Of a stretch of 64,000 nucleotides of DNA, positions 13,819 to 26,720 are shown piece after piece. A model generated the notes under the pieces. That model ran no database searches. It was not told where the DNA came from and saw only the letters and a list, made by a program, of their open reading frames with translations. The stretch's first letter is position 1. The number at the start of each line of letters is the position of its first letter. This DNA is from the human T2T-CHM13v2.0 reference genome, Homo sapiens. Position numbers and translations under genes: made by a program. Location of the stretch: assembly GCF_009914755.1 (NCBI RefSeq), contig NC_060932.1; one strand, given 5' to 3'.

Positions 13819-14856
13819 AACAATTTTTAAAAAGAAACTCTAATCCCTCAACTATATCATTGTTGGGTAAGGAATAAAACATAAATAACGTCAAAAGGGG
13901 GCACCTTATGATTATTTCTCATGGGAACATGGTGCTTGGAAATGTTATACCTCTCAATTTTCTAGGATATGATGTGCTGTCATCAATTTTTTCTTAAACA
14001 TGCCTCTGACATGGTTAATAGCACAGTGCATTTCCTGAGAGTTAGGGTGGATGGTGGAGTGAAGGGTCTTGTTAACATCATTTGGTGTACCCATAGTGAT
14101 GCTCCCTTGACCATAGTTTCTTCTCAGTAGTTGAAGGAATTGCAATCATTTCCCCTTGCAGAGCTAGGAACATATGCTGGTAGTGTTAAGGAACATTTTG
14201 GTCCACGCATCATCTTCATTTTTGCAGACAGCATATTTTTAATATAACCAAGAGTCCAAAATATTTCAACAAGTAATAAATGTAAACTTTTCTAACACCT
14301 TTTATTACATACTGTGGCCAAAATACATTGAAGAAGTAGAGTACAAATTTTGAAAAGATGGCTGTAATGTGACACCTCTCCTGTCATTTAAATCAATATT
14401 GCAGCTAATATATATTAACTTTAGGTTGATGGTGATTAACCCAGCACCCTCCATGTGCCAAGTGTTCTATCCTGGCTTTTATTAGTTACTGCTTACCAAC
14501 ATCCATTGGTGGTGCTACTGTTCCCATCTTGATTTGTTTTGAGAACCTTGAATATGAGAAACAGACTCTCCAACCTGCTTTCTCTTACAAAATCAGCAGG
14601 CTTGGGGAGCAATATTTAAAGAACACAAAAACTTTGATGCAGACAGTAAATATTTCCTTCTCTCCAAGAAATTTCATAGCCAGCATCCTTATTTCTTTGT
14701 TAGCATCAACTGTGGCATTAATGTAGCATCCCCAGCCTCACGTCAGTGTTTGGAGCTCAGTTGAACAACAGAGTAGGTGGAATGGGCTGTGATTTATGTG
14801 TATCAATAAGCTCATAGGCCCCACCCTTGCTTAGTCAAAATCCTATAATTAGTAAC

Positions 14857-15221
14857 TGATATGGTTTTGCTGTGTCCCCACCCAAATCTCATCTTGAATT
14901 GTAGCTTTCTTATTACCTACGTGTTGTGGGAGGGACCTGGTGGGAGGTAATTGAACCATGGTGGTGGGTTTTTCCCATGTTGTTCTCCTTGATAGTGAAT
15001 AAGTCTCATGAGATCTGATGGTTTTATAAAGGGTAGTTTCCCTGCACACATTCTCTTGCCTGCCACCACCTAAGACGTGCCTTTTTTGCTCCTTCGTTTT
15101 CTGCCATGATTGTGAGGCCTCCCCAGCCATGTAGAACTGTGAGTCCATTAAGCCTCTTTTTCTTTATAAATTACTCAGTCTTGGGTATTTCTTCATAACC
15201 GTATGAAAATGGACTAAAATA
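14857..15221 (+). mobile_element. THE1 (MaLR) solo LTR
   Basis: TGATATGGTTT...ccccacccaaatctcatcttgaattgtagc start; exact 5-bp TSD GTAAC (14852-14856 and 15222-15226). Confidence 0.93.
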
Positions 15222-16804
15222 GTAACCATCTCTGGTGACGCCTTTATTACAGACTTTGCAATTATAAGCTATTCCTTAAGCCACAGAAAGAAATGAAGAA
15301 AGGAAGAGGGGAAGACAGAAAGAAAACAATTATCACTTGGTTTAGTGACCACGTGTGTTGAGGACAGGTAAATGTTTTTATTGTAAAGCCATCTAAGACC
15401 CAGGCATTGGGAATAGGGCATGGTTAATAATAATTAACACTAAGGAGGCAGCTGACAACTTTGGCATTTAGAGGCTCATAGAAAGAAGAAAGCTCAAAAT
15501 CATGTGTTAGCTTAAAAGAGTTGGGTTTTAGCCTCCCACTGATTCTGCACAATTTAGTGGCAAGATTTGAAAACAACACCAACAACACTGCTATCTTTGA
15601 CATTCATGGAACAATAAAAAGTAAACACCCAGAAGGTAACAAGCCTGGGAGATATTAACCGAGGGATCCCATGGTTTCTCACTTTTCCATTCTTCCATGA
15701 AGTCACTGTTTCACATAGCTTGGAGTCTGTGAACCATGCCAATATATGTGTCTTTTTAACATGGTTCATTTTTTAAGTACATCATTGGTTTGGAGAGATG
15801 AGAATGAGAAGATGAATTAACTTTTATTGTGAGGCACCCGTATGGTTTAGACTTTCACTGCAACTTTGTTACAGGTGAGCGATATGCCCTTCATTTCACA
15901 GACTCTGTGGGGTGTCCATCAGCACATGAGTAAAGATCTTCCTTTGGAGGGTAACCACTTTCTGACATTAACTGTGTCTTGATGGAGAACACAGCATATG
16001 AGTTTTGAGTTTTGGCCTGCGAGTTGTGAAAGATGACTCGGAAAATATAGCCTTGGAGAACTAACTCAGAAAACTCCTCTGGCAGCACTAAGCCATAAAC
16101 AGACTCAGCTCATTTCTAATTTTGGCTCCTCCTCAGATGTCCAGGATGACACAAGCCAGCCGTCAAGCCCATTTCTAATTGCTCCTGTTGCAACGTGTTG
16201 ACATCTCTTGTCTTCTTTGTGAAAACGTGTGGGATCATTTAGATGAGAGTAGAGATAGGAAAGGAAAAGGACTAGTTTGAGGCAACCTCTATGATAATGA
16301 CCAGAAAGGGGAGCAAACTGAATGGAGTGGAGCAGGAAGGTAGTTGAGAAAGGGTATTAGTAGAAGGAAAGAATTTGGTGAAACTTGACAATATTTCTGA
16401 AGAGCTCTAGTAGTAAACGCTTGATGAATATAGGAAAAAAAGACCATGGTAGAAAATCCCCACAATGCAATAGAGATGGTAAAAAAAGGGAACAGAGCAG
16501 AAAATATGAAGTGTTTAAGATTAAGCTAACTAATAGTTCTATGTCAATGCTAATACTCATGTTGTTCTCCCACTATTTGCATATCTTTCTAGGAATAGAA
16601 AAAAGAAGGTACATGTCTAAGAAGGATTTAAAAATGTCAAGGAAAGAACAATGAGATGAGAAAGAATAAAGTCAGAGGTGAGCATCAGGACTTAAAAAAT
16701 TTTTTTTCCTGACAACAAGGTTATTCATAAAATGGAAAATGCCATCTTAAATGCTATGTTACAGAAATAATGATTGTGGGATTTACATATTTAGACCCAC
16801 AGGC

Positions 16805-16950
16805 TATTAGAGCTGGAAAGAGCACTAAAAATCATTTAGTCTACTTCTTATTTTAGAGACAGGACAAAAGGCTTGGATTGTTATTCTCAGGGTCACAAAA
16901 GCAATTAACAGCCACTCAGGAACTTAAGTATAGGTATTCTGGTTCTTAGT
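16805..16950 (-). mobile_element. MIR-family fragment
   Basis: ttagagctggaaagagcactaaaaatcatttagtc...cagggtcacaaaagc. Confidence 0.55.
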
Positions 16951-17134
16951 CTAGGACTAAGAACCACAGCAATTTCTTTCCTTTCTCATAAATGTGATGA
17001 TTAAAAATAAAGGTCATGTAGTTTATTGACTTGCTTGGGGGAAATCAACACATTAGAAGCAAACACATGACTAGAACAAGAGTCTCTTGATTTTTGGTTC
17101 AGAGCATAAATTTGCTTGACATGAAACTATCAAT

Positions 17135-17550
17135 GGTTTCATAGATTGAGTTTCCTGAAATGACATAAAGATTAATGAGCAGGAATCTTATTAGGTAATT
17201 CTCTTGGAAACAGTACTTATAGAATGGAAGAGGAAGGAGCAGAATTGGGAAGAGGGGAAAAGTGGGCTGTGATGCAGTCTAATCAAAGTCATAGGTAATC
17301 CCAGAGGAAAGTCTGAGACTGGATGGCTCTTGGGGATTGTCATGAGTTGGGGCAAAGGGGTCAGTCCTTCATAACCCTGAGATCAGTCTTTATTTGCTGC
17401 ACCCAGGGAGAAGCCATGACCTTGAGCAAGGATGCGCTTTTCAGCCAGGACACTTAACAAAGAGGGCTGACAGCTGTCAGCACTTCCAGAAGCTGGTAAA
17501 ATAAGACCTTCATTCTTAAAGGGACATCTTGGCAGAATACCAATGACTAT
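17135..17550 (-). mobile_element. ERVL LTR (LTR16-like), probable 3' LTR
   Basis: gcagaattgggaagaggggaaaagtgggctgtgatgcagtc...ccttcattcttaaagggacatct matches antisense LTR16-type sequence and adjoins internal pol sequence. Confidence 0.65.
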
Positions 17551-20500
17551 TCTAGTCCACTGCTTATACCACTCAGATACACATCTTCATATACATACTG
17601 AAAATCAATCTTCTAGGATCTTAGTAGGTTTCTTTTGCTGGCAGAATGTTGTAAGATTAAGGTTGATAGGATAAACTGGTACCCTTGCAGAAACAGCTAG
17701 TTGCAAGATCTCAAATGATATTTATCATCTCTCTTCTTCACTATCCACTTTAGATTTTCCTCATCATCTGCTGGTCTTGGTGGCTTCCCAGTGGCATGGT
17801 GGTGACCATCCTGAGCTCCTGGCCACCCTGTCCTCTTCAAGCCATAGCTGCACTTGTCCATTTATCATCAAACGTAGGCAAATAGACCACATGGGTGCCA
17901 AACATATTTCTTCATGCTCCCCATTGTATATAAGAATGCTACTTTCTTTCAGGGTTAATTGCTACCACCAAGATGGTGACTCTTTTTATTTTAAGCTGGT
18001 CACTTGCTATGAGGAACCTGAAATGCCCAGGTGTCAGCCAAAGCTTATATTACAACTAGAATTTTCCTATGTTTCCTGGTGGAAGCATTTCCTCTTTGGC
18101 TTGAACTTCAAGCCATGCAGCTCCAAGAGTTGCAGGTATGAGAAGCACAAATTTCCCAAGTGGGTCACTGTGAGTGGTGATAAGTGGGACCACTCTTGCT
18201 TCCATATATCAGTTCCTGGATCCATGTATTCAAGCACCTGGGATACAATACCATATAAAGATCATTGATTTAGGGTGTACAGTGTATTTGGGAGGTTAGA
18301 GCCCCACATTGACAATGTCATCTTCAAGCTGGCACTTCAGCTGTGCCTTCAACGGGCCACTCCGTTGCTCCCTCAGACCAGCAAATTTTGGTTTGTGTGG
18401 TATGTGGATACAAATCAGTGATCCAGTGGTCAGCCACCAGATACCCACTCTTCAACCTCCTTTCTTCAATGTGAATCTCTTGATCTGATGCTGTATCATG
18501 TAGGATCCCACACTGGTGAACCAAACCTCTGTAAGTCTTCAAGTAGTAGTGATGGCTGAAGTGCTATGGGCAGAAAAGCCAAACCCATACCTAGAACATG
18601 TGTCTATTCCTATAAAAATGAATTACTGCCTCTTCCAGGATGAAAAGTCCAATCACCAAGGGACTGTTTGGTCTCCTGTAGAGATGGTGCCATTCCAGAG
18701 AATTTGTATTGGTCTCCGTCTCTAGCAGATTGCATATTTGATTGGACCAGTCACTTATCAGCCTCAGTAAGTGGAGGGCTATCCTGCTGATCCTATGCAA
18801 AACTTCTAACCCTGAAAATATAGCCATTTTATTTATATGAGTGTTGTGCTAGCACTAGGGAGGCTAATGAGAAAGACTTGCTGATGTGAACTGGCCAGCT
18901 CATATTGTCTAGCTTGTTATTTCGTGCCTCTTCCATGGTAGGTGCTTTCTGGTAGATGTTAACATTTGATACAAAAATCTTTATATTTCACTCCCATTCC
19001 TATAGGTCCATGCAAATCCCTCTACCTCAGACCATATTTTTCTGTCCTTTCAATTTTATTTTTTCTTACCCCTTAACCTCCCAGTCAAGCCATTTGCCAT
19101 TGCTCATGAACCCATGCACATTCTAACTACGGGACACTTCCTTTTCTATGTAAAGAGCTCACCACATGCACTGCCACTTGTCACTGTTGTTAAGGGCCAC
19201 CTCAATGTCAGGCTGTGATATAGCTTTCATCCATTTCCTGCTTGCACACACATACCAAGCCAACCCATCTCTAAACCAATTTTTTTTTTGTTTTTGAAAT
19301 TGATACATAATAATTATATGTGTTTATGGGGCACATGTGATATTTTCATACATGCATGCAATGTGTAATGACCAAATCAGGATATCCATCACCTTAAACA
19401 TTTATCATTTTTTTGTATTGGAAACATTCCAAATTTTCTCTTCTAACTATTCTCAAATATACAATAAATTATAGTTAAGTATAGTTATCCTACTGTACTA
19501 TCGAACACTAGAACCTGTCCTTCTAAATGTATTTTTTGTACCCATTCATCAACCACTTTTCACGTCCTCTTTCCCAATTTTTTCCAGCTTCTGGCCTATC
19601 ATTATGCTCTCTAGCTTCATGAGATCAGCATTTTTAACTCCCACATATGTGTGAGAACATTTGATATTTGCCTTTCTGTGCCTGGGTTATTTTATTTAAC
19701 ATAATGTCCTCCAGGTCAGTCCATGTTTCTGCAAATGACAGAATTTTATTCTTTTTATGGCTGAACAATACTCCATTGTATATATTCCATTTTTTTACTG
19801 AGCATATTGTTATAAATCTTCTTTATTTTAAATTTAGCACATTGTGCTTTAAAATTATATCCAAGTAAAACCATATATTCAACTCTTTGTTGTTTCTATA
19901 CAGAAGTGTAAATACAACATTACTTTTTGTCACTAAGTTGCCTTAATAAGTTTTACAGGAAGAAAAACATTGAATGAGAAAAGATGGCTTAAATTATATG
20001 TGGCAGGCCTGTGAAACCATGCAATGGATACGGTATGTGTGTGTGTCTATATATATACATATATATATATTGATATTATTGATCTTGAGCATCTTTTCAT
20101 ATACCTGTTGCACATTTGTCTGTCTCCACATCCTCATCACCATCTGTTATTTTTTGTCTTTTTGCTAATAGTCATTTTAACTGTAGTGAAATATCTAATT
20201 GTGTTTTGATTTGCATTTCCCTGGTGACTATTGAACTTGAGCATCTTTTCATATACCTGTTGGGCATTTGTATGTCTTCTATTGAGAATGTTTATTCAGA
20301 TCCTTTGCCCACTTTTTAGTCAAATTATTACTATTTGTTGTTGAGTTGTTTGAGTTCCTTGTATATTCTATCAAGCTGTTGCATCAAGCTATGCAGAAGC
20401 TTTTCAGCTTGATGTAATCCCATTTGTCTATTTTTGCTTTCGTTGCCTGTGCTTTTGAGGCTTTACTCAAAAAAACCCTTGCCAAAACCAATGTCCTGAA

Positions 20501-21820
20501 GCATGAAATTTGGATTTTTATCCTCTTCTGTTTGTTGGCTAGAAGGGATTCCCCTCTATTTTGGTAGGCATAAGATGATGGTCAAGAGCTATAACATCAA
20601 TAGTGGATGACTTCAGGACCTAAGCTACCTGCTCATGTTGTCTGTTTCTGTTAATGCTTAATCCTGAATGTGCTACTTTTATCTCAGGATGTTAAGGTCC
20701 TGGACCCACCCTGAGGTCTGATATTACCCAGCTCAAAATGAGCAGTTCAGGCTTCATGGTTACTTGGTGTCCATAATCAGACACTGCACTTCTACCAGGA
20801 CCCAGTAGCAAACCAGGACCTGTTTTTCAAAAGATGTATCTGCTGTAGATGGCACAGCTTTACTCTACAACCCTAGGCATCTGCATTTTGATTCTCCCAT
20901 TGGGCTTTCAATAAACACCACATGGCACCTTTTCCCACCATAGATTAATGCTATGTCATACTGGTAGTTTATATCACTCAAGGGAAGGGTCACTGGCACC
21001 ACAGTCTGAATTTCTATAGATTCTTTTAATGCTTTGGTCATTACTTAAAGTTAGCAGTCTTTCATGCTACCTGACATATGATTTGGTGCTGTATTCCTGG
21101 CAATGGAATATGCTGCCTCCAGAACATGGGAACGCCTACTAGGCAAGGTGCTTCCTTATTTGTGATAGAAAGTGCAAATTGCAATAATTTGTATTTTCTT
21201 TGGAAGGGATATCCCAAAATACTCAAAACCATAGGACTTCTAAAAATATTACTAATATGTCAGGCCCTGAATCTCTATAGAGTTTATCTCTTATCCTCTA
21301 GTGTGTATATGTTTTACCTAGGCCTACAATGTACTTGTCACTTCTTTTTTCTAGTTGGTTCAATTGCCATGACATCCTAGATATAGTGGACTAATGAAGT
21401 TTTCTGTGATATCCTAGTCATCAAGATCTCTTAGACTATATAGCAACTGAACAGAAGAGTTAACATAGCCCTTGGACAAGGTTGCAAATGTATACTATTG
21501 TCCATTTCAAGTGAATGAGAGTTCTTTCTGATTGCTTTTGGTGTGGTTAGAAAATAATGTATTTGAAGGATGAATGGTCACATACCAGGTGCCTGAGGTT
21601 ATTGTCATATATACTAGCAAAGATGCCATATTTGAGCTAGTATTGCTTGGTTGAGTTTGTGGTATCCATTGTTATTCTCCAGGACACATCTTTTTTTTTT
21701 TTTTTTTGGTGGGTGGGGGTGCGGGGGGTGAGTGGTTGAACTAATTGAATTAATTGGAGATACAATGGGGCTCACCCTCCTCCATCCATTAGGTCTTTCA
21801 TTGAAGCCATTAAATTTCTG
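17551..21820 (-). pseudogene. ERVL (HERV16-like) internal pol remnant: RT, RNase H region and integrase, heavily decayed, interrupted by an L1
   Basis: Minus-strand translation gives SFT*NGQ*YTFATLSKGYVNS (~21455-21520) and LVHYI*DVM (decayed YIDD, ~21370-21395); ORF 18324-18542 contains GLVHQCGILHDTASDQEIH, similar to the integrase GIP..IASDQG motif. Confidence 0.8.
19280..20506 (-). mobile_element. L1MA-like 3' fragment inserted in the ERVL remnant, internally rearranged
   Basis: T-tail at ~19280, antisense 3'UTR (cccacatatgtgtgagaacat) and antisense ORF2 end (gcagaagcttttcagcttgatgtaatcccatttg). Confidence 0.85.
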
Positions 21821-21824
21821 CCAA

Positions 21825-22200
21825 ATTCCAGGAAGACCTGGAATATGACAGTTTATTAGAGAGTACCCTGGAAAAAATAGCCATGAAAGTGAAAAAAAGG
21901 AAGCAAGCTTGGACAGAAGAAAAAACTGGACTGAAATACAATCTCAGTGAGTACCATAACTGATCTCTAGAGAGCTCTTGGTGTGGATTGGCCCTACAGA
22001 GCTGTCCTGAGCTAGGTGAGGAGACTGGCCTTGATAGTCTTGTATTGACCATTTCCCAGATGCGTGGTCAAGGCAGTTCTCTTCAACCAAGGCACTTCCA
22101 AAAGAGGTTGATAGCTGAGGACTCTGCTGGAAGCAGTTCCAGCAGCTGGGAGAAAAGGTCTTTCATTCTTAAAGATGAATCTGGACAGTGTGTCCACTAC
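21825..22200 (-). mobile_element. ERVL LTR (LTR16-like)
   Basis: Homologous to 17135-17550; shares tcattcttaaag and similar gagg..tga.agctg and cagcagctgg blocks. Confidence 0.6.
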
Positions 22201-22794
22201 CAAATGAAATATGGGATCTCTTATATAATGTGATAGGAACCTCAAAATTGGAATCATATATTTTATTTTTTTTCAAAGTAGAGGCTTTCAGGAGCTTTTA
22301 GTATATTTGAAATGAAGGATAACAAAATAGTAGGTGGGGAAGAGAAAAAGAAATGGCCTGCCATACTCTAATTATAGAAGAGTACCTCTAACTATTAGCA
22401 TATTGAACAGACACCGAACTCAGAGGAGAATGGTATTTGTAGACTGATAAATGAGTCTGGAATAAACTACTTCCCAGAAATTGCCTAAATGTAGCTCAGG
22501 CTAGCGTAAACTAGTCGCCCCAGGCTGGCTTCCTTGTTTCACTGAAAAACAAGTGGCACTTCATATTATGGAACTAATTGCAATTGGAGTGTATTCCAAT
22601 ATATTCTTGAGAGCCCCAGGTATACCTGTGAATTGGAATTCATCCATAATCAGTAATTATGCTCTTCTATTTAAATATTTGATCTTGGGCAAGATTTTAT
22701 GCAATTAAAGGTATGAGTTTGGTGTATATTGTTATACTTAATGTCTTATTTTATTTAAAATATGAAAAAATGAATTTAATCAGAAATTTCAAAA

Positions 22795-23047
22795 ATGATT
22801 CCTTATCTGAGAGGCCTTCTATGATGTCATTTAAATAGCAAATTCCTTATTATTCTCTATCTCCTTACTCTTTTGTCTTTGCTTTTGTCACTAATATATA
22901 ATATACAGTATATTTTTAATGGAATGACTATATCTCCCATCTCTGTTTGGAGTGTGTTTCATGACAGCACAGAATTTATCTACTTTGTTTATTGCAATGT
23001 TGCTAACCTCTAGAAGAGTGCCTGGTACATAGTAAGTGCTCAAAAGA
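22795..23047 (+). mobile_element. L2 3' end
   Basis: gagaggccttct...ctagaagagtgcctggtacatagtaagtgctcaaaa. Confidence 0.75.
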
Positions 23048-23157
23048 TGGTGCCTAAAAGGATGGACCAAGTGTTACACAAGTCATATTCTATTTGGTTA
23101 ATACACTTCTCCACTTCTGAGAAACATATTATTGTTAAAGTTAAGGTAGATTAATTA

Positions 23158-23467
<310 letters not shown>

Positions 23468-23669
23468 TTAATGGATGCTTTTGGCAAATTCAGGACTGAA
23501 AATTGCTGTGACTTTTCCTCCATGAGAGTTTCTGCAGTTTGGGTCATAAGAGTTAAATATGGTTAATACTTCATTAAGTACTGTTTAACTTTAGCAACCT
23601 AAGACATTACATGTCATCAATTGTTCTGACTTTGTGGCACCTGATAGCTACTATGCTACTGTGGCATTG

Positions 23670-23740
23670 ATGATGTTGGCGGTGATGATAGCGATGATGA
23701 TTATGATGATGATAATGGTAATGGTGGTGGTGGTGGTAAT
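23670..23740. repeat. (GAT)n/(GGT)n low-complexity triplet tract
   Basis: gatgatgattatgatgatgataatggtaatggtggtggtggtgg. Confidence 0.85.
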
Positions 23741-23741
23741 A

Positions 23742-23960
23742 GCAGGTTAATATTCACTGAGTGGTTTTTCACTAATTGTCATGCTGAATTTTGAATTCAC
23801 TGACTTATGTAATGCTCACTAAGACATTATAAATACAGTTTACCACTTTAATGATAAGAAAACTGAGACATAGAGAATGTAATATCCAACCTGGCTGGTT
23901 GTGGAACCAGCATTTGAAGTGGGGTGAGACTTATACCAAAGACTGCAGATCTTAACTATT
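23742..23960 (-). mobile_element. MIR SINE
   Basis: gataagaaaactgagacatagaga...gtggaaccagcatttgaa. Confidence 0.7.
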
Positions 23961-24559
23961 CTGATATTCTGAGCAGTGGCAAGCAGAGAGAAGGGAGAGG
24001 GAAGTGATAAAATTTGAGGAAGATAAATCCCACACTCCCTTTCAAAATTGTGAGTGGAGAATAGGAGGGAATGTTTGAGAGCAGTCCAGAAACATCATTT
24101 AAAAGCAGGTAACTATAAGGCAGAAAGAAAAATGGCAACATCAGAGCATAATACGAAGATTCATGGGAAATGGGAGCAGAGGAGAAGGAGACCCAGCCTT
24201 CTGGGGAAGACAGTGTAGGATTAGAGAGGAGGCTGTATTTCAGCTGAGACTGAGGAGGGGAGGTAAGACCTACCAGAAAGAAGTACCACCAATGTAAACA
24301 TATCATCAGAAGTATGTTGTGTAATGTATCTAAGCAATGTAGTAAAAAAGCGTAGTGGTTAAACTTTACTCTCCTAGGATATTGCGGTATATTTTATATT
24401 TGCTATATATAGTACATAGTAGTATACAGAATATGTGTATATGTATATGTTACTACGTAATATACATATACTGCTTTCCAAATAGTATACTGCAGTACAC
24501 TGCCAAAAGTAATACAACTGATGGGCCTAAAACAAAACACATTTCTTTCAAGGGATTTG

Positions 24560-25630
24560 TCAATCAAAAATAGTGAAACAATAGTAATGCTTCATTCCTC
24601 TCAACAACCCACAATCCTCATTTCTGTATATCCTTTACTTACACAGATTCACCAACTGTTTACATTTTCCACATTTGTTTTATCATACATGTATATATAT
24701 AATTATTATTATAGCTAAATCACTAAAATGCTTGAGAGTAAGTTTCAGACTTAAAGACTTTACCACAAAATATCTCACTGTGCATTTTCTAAGAACAAGG
24801 ACATTCTTTTATCTAGCCACCATATAACTATTAAACTTGTACAATTTAGCATTGATAAAAATTATCTTTGAACATACAATCCATATTCAGATTTTACCAA
24901 TTATCCCAATAACATTCTTTATAACAATTTCTCCTAGTCCAGGATCCAAGCCAGTATCACACATTGCATTGAATTCATATCACTTTAATCTTCTTTAATT
25001 TAGAAGATTTCCTCAGCCATTTTTGCTTTTATACATTAACATTTTGAAGTGTATAGGCCAGTTGTTTTGTAAAATGAAACTCAATTTGGATTTGCCTATT
25101 TCCTCATGTAAATTCAGGTAGGTAGTTTTGCTTAGGAACTATGTATGTGATTTATGTCCTCTGTGACATCAATGGTGTCACAGATATTGGTGATGTTAAT
25201 TTTGATCACTAGATTAAGGTGTTATCTGTCAGGATTCTCCATTGTAAACATGCCATTTTCCCTTTAAAACCAAATAAACTGTGGGGTGCTACCACTGAAA
25301 GTATGTAAGTACCCCAAGAAATCTTCACTCAATGATTTCAGCACCCATTAATGATTCTTGTCTGAATCCATTATGACTATATGATTAAAAATTTTTGAAT
25401 TTTTCATTCAATCCTTTCATATATTTTAGTTAGCATTTCTCTCATTGTTTTGTGAGCAATTTCTTACTTTTTGGCACAGTAAAATATTCCAGGTTCCACT
25501 TGTAATTTCTCTCTCCATCCGTGGAATCAGTTGTTTCCTTAAATAGCCCTGCTTCTTTTATTGGATAATGGTATCTTGAAACCAAGACTTGGGTGTTGGG
25601 GTGTGGCTTTTTGCTACTAGGGTGTTATTG
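24560..25630 (-). mobile_element. L1MC5/L1MC4-like 3' end
   Basis: ttgagagtaagtttcagac...ctaagaacaaggacattctt...gtccaggatccaa matches the recalled L1MC 3'UTR. Confidence 0.65.
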
Positions 25631-25636
25631 CACATA

Positions 25637-26353
25637 TAATGTTCCCTCCTCAGCCATGGGGCCTACATTCCAAGGTCTTCAGTAGATGCCTGAAACCACA
25701 GATAGTACTGAACCTGATGTAATAAGTTGGAACATGTTCCTGTTTATGTTTTTTTCTCCAACAAACTTAATGCCTTTTCCATCTTAATTATGCATTTATC
25801 ATGCATGGTGCCCATTACTTTTGCAGTCTGAGGTGTGACAGCAAAACTGGCATGAATTTTTTTCCTTTTTCACAATTTCATAGGTAGAAGATTCATATTT
25901 TACTGTAAATCTTGACAACCTCAGCATAAGATTTTTCCTTTCCTTATTAAGTTGAGAACTTAGACATTTTCACTTAAAGGAAGCACTTAATGGCTTCTCT
26001 TTCGCAGATCCAAATTATCAGCATCACTACTATTGCATTTTGGGGCTATTATTAAGTGAAATAAGAGTAACTTGAATAGAAGCATAGTGATAACGCAACA
26101 GCAGATCTGATAACTGAGATGGCTCATAAGTGACTCATGGGCAGAGAGTATACTGGGCAAAAGGAGGATTCATGACCTGAGTGGGATGGAGCAGGATGGT
26201 GTGAGATTTCATCATGCTACTTAGAGTGACATGCAGTTTAAAACTTATGAGTTGCGTATTTCTGGAATTTTGCACATATTATTCTTGTACTGCCATTGAC
26301 TGTTGGTAACTGAAGCCACAAAAAGTGAAACTCCAGATAAGAGGAGAATTCTG
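25637..26353. mobile_element. MER44-like (Tigger7-derived) DNA transposon
   Basis: gatgcctgaaaccacagatagtactgaacc at one end and ggtaactgaagccac...gataagaggagaattctg|TA at the other; TA flanks. Confidence 0.8.
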
Positions 26354-26361
26354 TATATAGA

Positions 26362-26720
26362 TGATATGATTTGGCCCTGTGTCCCCACCTAAATCTCACC
26401 TTGAATTGTAATAATCCACATGTGTCATGGGAGGGACTGGGTGGAAGGTAATTGAATCATGGGGGTGGGTTTTTCCCGTGCTGTTCTCTTGATAGTGAAT
26501 AAGTCACATGAGATCAGATGGTTTTGTAACGGGGACTTCCCCTGAAATGCCCTCTTGCCTGCCGCCAAGTAAGATATCCTTTTGCTCTTCCTTCATCTTC
26601 CGCCATGATTGTGAGGCCTCCCCAGCCATGTGGAACTGTGAGTCCATTAAACCTCTTTTCTTTATAAATTACCCAGTCTCAGGTATGTCTTTATTAGCAG
26701 CATGGGAACAGACTAATACA
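26362..26720 (+). mobile_element. THE1 (MaLR) solo LTR
   Basis: TGATATG...GACTAATACA termini, ~360 bp. Confidence 0.92.

Noticed and set aside
16385-16654. 89-aa lysine/arginine-rich ORF
   Set aside because: A by-product of purine-rich low-complexity sequence with a non-ATG start.
17777-18268. 163-aa plus-strand ORF
   Set aside because: Antisense to decayed ERVL internal sequence, non-ATG start, no recognisable domain.
21690-21730. Poly-T plus G-rich tract as a retrocopy tail
   Set aside because: It lies in the ERVL RT at an ancestral A-rich position; no TSD or attached body, so slippage expansion is the simpler explanation.
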